Shown in pieces: positions 60,975 through 64,000 of a stretch of 64,000 bases of DNA. Where the stretch lies: positions 1,641-65,640 of the forward strand of contig JAWUWW010000055.1 of the NCBI GenBank assembly GCA_034111645.1. Direction: 5' to 3'. The notes under the pieces are model-generated. The model did no database searches and had not been told where the DNA came from. It saw nothing but the letters and a program-made list of their open reading frames with translations. This DNA comes from Cellvibrionaceae bacterium. Lineage in GTDB: Bacteria; Pseudomonadota; Gammaproteobacteria; Pseudomonadales; Cellvibrionaceae. A program made the translations under genes and the position numbers. Within the stretch, counting starts at the first letter, position 1, and each line of letters begins with the position of its first letter.

Positions 60975-60994
60975 CGGCATTTTTATCGCTAACG
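60963..60994. repeat. Tandem duplication (period 18) of ttttatcgctaacg that includes the mgtE stop codon
   Basis: Copies lie at 60963-60976 (containing tat cgc taa, the end of mgtE) and 60981-60994. Confidence 0.85.
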
Positions 60995-61068
60995 ACTTTT
61001 TTACATACAAACTTCTTCAACAGTTTTTATCATAAAAATAATATGATTCATAAACTTGGAATTAAACA

Positions 61069-61605
61069 ATGATCGACCCAAAAAAAACAAAGGTAGACAA
61101 CGATGAAGCAACCGAAGAAATAATCGTTAGTAAAACTTCGATCAAAAAAGCGATGTTTGAGTTGCAAGATCTTGCCGACGAGCTTATAAAATTTATTCCG
61201 AAAAAATTAGCTCAACTTCCGCTTAGTGAGATACTAATACGAGAAATCGAATTAGGCAAAAAATTATCAACAGGAAACAGCAGACGCCGACAAGTACAGC
61301 GTATTGCAAAGATTTTAAGGGCAGAAAACTTAGATGAAATCAAAACAGCTTTAGCAGATCAAGAATTAGATCATAGAAAAAATCATCAATCTATTAGTCC
61401 GGCTCAAGAATGGTTTGCCAAGTTGCTCGATAATGGCAGAGAGACCCTGTCAGAACTAATAACACTTTATCCAAATGCTGATACACAATTATTAGGGCAA
61501 TTAATTCGCCATGCAAAAAAAGAAATAGAAAACGAGAAGACTACATCAAAAAAATATCAACAACGATTATTTAATGCTATTCAAAAAACGCTCATAAAAG
61601 AATAA
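61069..61605 (+). CDS. yjgA: Ribosome-associated protein YjgA (DUF615 / DarP)
   Basis: 178-aa basic helical protein with the DUF615 pattern (SKTSIKK....LQ.L...L......L..LPL.E.L...I.......G.RR.Q.IAK.LR). Confidence 0.75.
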   Translation: MIDPKKTKVDNDEATEEIIVSKTSIKKAMFELQDLADELIKFIPKKLAQLPLSEILIREIELGKKLSTGNSRRRQVQRIAKILRAENLDEIKTALADQELDHRKNHQSISPAQEWFAKLLDNGRETLSELITLYPNADTQLLGQLIRHAKKEIENEKTTSKKYQQRLFNAIQKTLIKE

Positions 61606-61608
61606 AAA

Positions 61609-64000
61609 TTACTGGTCATTACTACCTTTTAGAGAACTTACAGAACCTGCCTCACGATTAGCTTCAGAGTTTGCTGCAGAACTCGCTTTGTTTTTTTCTG
61701 TGCCAATAGTTGGATTATTTAGATCTCCAGTGATGTTGTATTTAATAGTAGAGGCGAGCTTAAGCTGCTTTTTAAATATTTTACTGGCAATATAAACCCC
61801 CGCTGCGACAGGCAATCCCGCCGTCAACGCAGCTATTAACGTTAGATTGCCGCCTAAGGGCAAAGAAGCCTCAAGATTTGCATCTACCGTTTGCTTAGGA
61901 TAATCAATAACGCCAGACAATTCCATCAGACTTGATGGCCCCTGCATTTTTAGAGGCTGAGTTAACGTCATTAAACCATTATTGAAATATAATTGACCGC
62001 TAAGTTCATCAAAAGTAAAACCTTTTTTATAAATATCAGAAAAGTCTAGCCTTACACGACGAGCCCAAGAATTAAAATTTAATAGGCCAAAGACTCTCAA
62101 CAAACCGCTAGAGTTATCAATATTTTCCTGACTAAAGACGCCATCTTCATAGCTATGGGTCATTTTACCCGTCAATGTCTCAAGCTCGATTGCTAACGGC
62201 GAACCTGGCCATGACAAATTAAAATCAATTTGAGTTTTTTTGCTTTCTAAAACAACGGGAAGATTCCATTGTTCGAAAAGCACTTTAGGATTTCTACCTA
62301 TAATAGAGCCATATACAGAAGTAGATGCAGATGTTTTATCAGAGCTTGAATCCCACCTCAAAAAACCTCCATTTTTTGGTGTTACACCAACAAATTTAAA
62401 TTCTGGTACCACCCCATAAATATTACGGAAATCAACCCCCTGTTTATCAGGTACTACATCAAAAGACCAAGCACCCAAAGACTTTCCGAGTACGTTCAAA
62501 CGATTAACTTTAACTGCGATGGCAGGAAATAATGATGAATCTATGCCTTCGAGTGGGTCACCTTTTGTATTGCTAGCATCTACAGACTTATTATAATCAG
62601 GCGGCCAATTTAGGTAATCAAGCTCCAATCGCAGCGGTTTTTGGCTATTGTCATCGATAGTCAAACTACCTAAGACATCATTATTATCAACAATAAGCCG
62701 CCACCTACTCACCTCTCTCTCACCAGAAAAAATAATCTTTTTTAGTACTTGATCTTTAATTCGCATATTATTTATCGAAACAAATAAACTTGCATCAAAG
62801 TTCAATTTGTCAGTTTTAGTATTATTGCTAGATTCATTTTCAGCTGAAATAGATGTAAACACAGGCAACCATTCATCGACTGAAAAGTCTTCGAATTTTC
62901 CGAAGACTTTAATCCCTGAAGCAGGCAACTTAAGTTCTTTATCAACCGATGTGTCACTGACGCTAAAAAAAGCTGATATTTTATTATCCTTTGTTGACTG
63001 CCCACCAAAAGCAAATTTGGTGGCTAAATAGGAGCCCACTTGCAATTCATAGATAAGTTTATCGTCTGTAAAAGGTAGCATAAATTTAAGCGAGAGCTTG
63101 TCTTTTGCTAATTTTTTAAATGGTTTTGGTAAAGCACTAGTCACACCCACCATATCAGAAGTAATTGATAAAACTGGTTTAATTTTTGCCTGCATATTTA
63201 AGGGGATTCGAATATCAGCGTTATAATTTATATCGCCTTTCAAATAACTCAAAAACGGTTGATTCAACCAATCATTAATTGATTGAATAGAAGCGCTACC
63301 CTTACCTGAAATTATTAATGCATTGCGATCTTTAGAGTCTTCATGTAAATCAATGAAAAGTGGCTTCCCGAAAAAATTAGACTGCAATCCTTTTGATGAA
63401 AAGCCTTTATTATTTTCAAATCGTAAACTGCCATTAATGAAATTAAAATTTAAACTCTGTTTGTCGAATGATAAGACGTTATCTTTGAAAACAACTTCTA
63501 CGTCTTGCTTGGATAACTGTGACATATTCTTTTCATTAGCAGAAGAATTTTCCAATGGAATATGTAGATTCACTTTAATATTCACATTACCTTTAGCGGA
63601 TATATAATCCACAACATCACCTACATTATTCTTAAGAGCCGATTCTCGAATATATTGAAGCGCTGAGTCAGCAGGAGAAGAACCCTCTACATCTACTTTT
63701 AATAGTTTTTCTGAATCGACGTTCCAGCTTACTTTTCCATTAAAATTATCATTTGAATAGGCACTAGCATTATTAATGACAGCAAACAAATGATTATTGT
63801 CGATCAATAACTTAGCATTTAGTTGATTAACCTCAGGCCAGTTTTTGTCGAATTTCAATTTTCCTTTTTTAACATCAACAAAAACTTGTATGCTACGAGG
63901 AGACGTTTTAGCAAAACCGCCTTTATAAATAACCCCTGTATTTACTAACTCTCCATCTTTAATGGCTGCATCCATCCATGATAATATATTTTCAGGTAAA
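61609..64000 (-). CDS. yhdP: YhdP/AsmA-like family protein, C-terminal ~797 aa (5' end outside the window)
   Basis: The frame stays open upstream of the track's Met (…LPENILSWMDAAIKDG) to position 64000. It is a long beta-rich repetitive protein with a C-terminal hydrophobic segment (LTLIAALTAGLPVAAGVYIASKIF), as in YhdP (TIGR02099) proteins of ~1250 aa. Confidence 0.65.
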   Translation of the reverse strand, partial: LPENILSWMDAAIKDGELVNTGVIYKGGFAKTSPRSIQVFVDVKKGKLKFDKNWPEVNQLNAKLLIDNNHLFAVINNASAYSNDNFNGKVSWNVDSEKLLKVDVEGSSPADSALQYIRESALKNNVGDVVDYISAKGNVNIKVNLHIPLENSSANEKNMSQLSKQDVEVVFKDNVLSFDKQSLNFNFINGSLRFENNKGFSSKGLQSNFFGKPLFIDLHEDSKDRNALIISGKGSASIQSINDWLNQPFLSYLKGDINYNADIRIPLNMQAKIKPVLSITSDMVGVTSALPKPFKKLAKDKLSLKFMLPFTDDKLIYELQVGSYLATKFAFGGQSTKDNKISAFFSVSDTSVDKELKLPASGIKVFGKFEDFSVDEWLPVFTSISAENESSNNTKTDKLNFDASLFVSINNMRIKDQVLKKIIFSGEREVSRWRLIVDNNDVLGSLTIDDNSQKPLRLELDYLNWPPDYNKSVDASNTKGDPLEGIDSSLFPAIAVKVNRLNVLGKSLGAWSFDVVPDKQGVDFRNIYGVVPEFKFVGVTPKNGGFLRWDSSSDKTSASTSVYGSIIGRNPKVLFEQWNLPVVLESKKTQIDFNLSWPGSPLAIELETLTGKMTHSYEDGVFSQENIDNSSGLLRVFGLLNFNSWARRVRLDFSDIYKKGFTFDELSGQLYFNNGLMTLTQPLKMQGPSSLMELSGVIDYPKQTVDANLEASLPLGGNLTLIAALTAGLPVAAGVYIASKIFKKQLKLASTIKYNITGDLNNPTIGTEKNKASSAANSEANREAGSVSSLKGSNDQ

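Noticed and set aside
1-64000. Search for defence systems, toxin-antitoxin pairs, prophage or integrase genes, secondary-metabolite clusters and riboswitches
   Set aside because: Every ORF over 100 aa could be assigned to a conserved housekeeping, envelope or pilus family, or to a known DUF. I saw no nuclease/helicase/methylase clusters, no small paired ORFs with TA architecture, and no recognisable riboswitch cores in the 5' leaders. The window looks like core chromosome rather than an accessory island.

Overview
This window is a 64-kb stretch of an AT-rich gammaproteobacterial chromosome, almost entirely packed with conserved core genes. I saw no rRNA, tRNA, CRISPR array, prophage, integrase, toxin-antitoxin pair or recognisable defence system.

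Gene order, from memory, follows the Pseudomonas-type arrangement:
- Start of window: a partial FkbM-like methyltransferase, cbpA-cbpM, a GT20+HAD fusion (glucosylglycerol-phosphate synthase/phosphatase-like) with a YcaD-like MFS transporter, and an MDR oxidoreductase.
- First block: clpB-yfiH(pgeF)-rluD / bamD / nadE / pilS-pilR-fimT. The fimU-pilV-pilW-pilX-pilY1-pilY2-like-pilE minor-pilin operon lies on the opposite strand.
- Second block: ispH-fkpB-lspA-ileS-ribF, yceI-cytochrome b561-chrA, murJ, a P-loop kinase and rpsT.
- Third block: ypjD-like, a DUF1631 + PilZ pair, a yfjD-like CNNM transporter, DUF1289, nudL, DUF3135, a NUDIX protein, a YqfO-like protein and an MlaC-like protein.
- Fourth block: yrbG-kdsD-kdsC-lptC-lptA-lptB-rpoN-ptsN-rapZ-ptsO, mgtE, yjgA and a partial yhdP.

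I did not find a convincing novel multi-gene system. The observations most worth a second look are:
1. A FimT-like minor pilin with a C-terminal GRxR motif, no Glu5 and a very long leader.
2. A DUF1631-PilZ pair lying between ypjD and yfjD, which from memory are neighbours in E. coli and Pseudomonas.
3. A ~160-bp MITE-like element with 11-bp terminal inverted repeats flanked by a 9-bp direct repeat.
4. Short tandem duplications in at least nine intergenic spacers, including a 15-bp x 7.4 minisatellite.
5. A probable glucosylglycerol (compatible solute) cassette.
6. Missing hpf and mlaFEDB at their expected positions.

All functional calls come from reading the translated ORFs and recalling family motifs and synteny. 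No database search was run.
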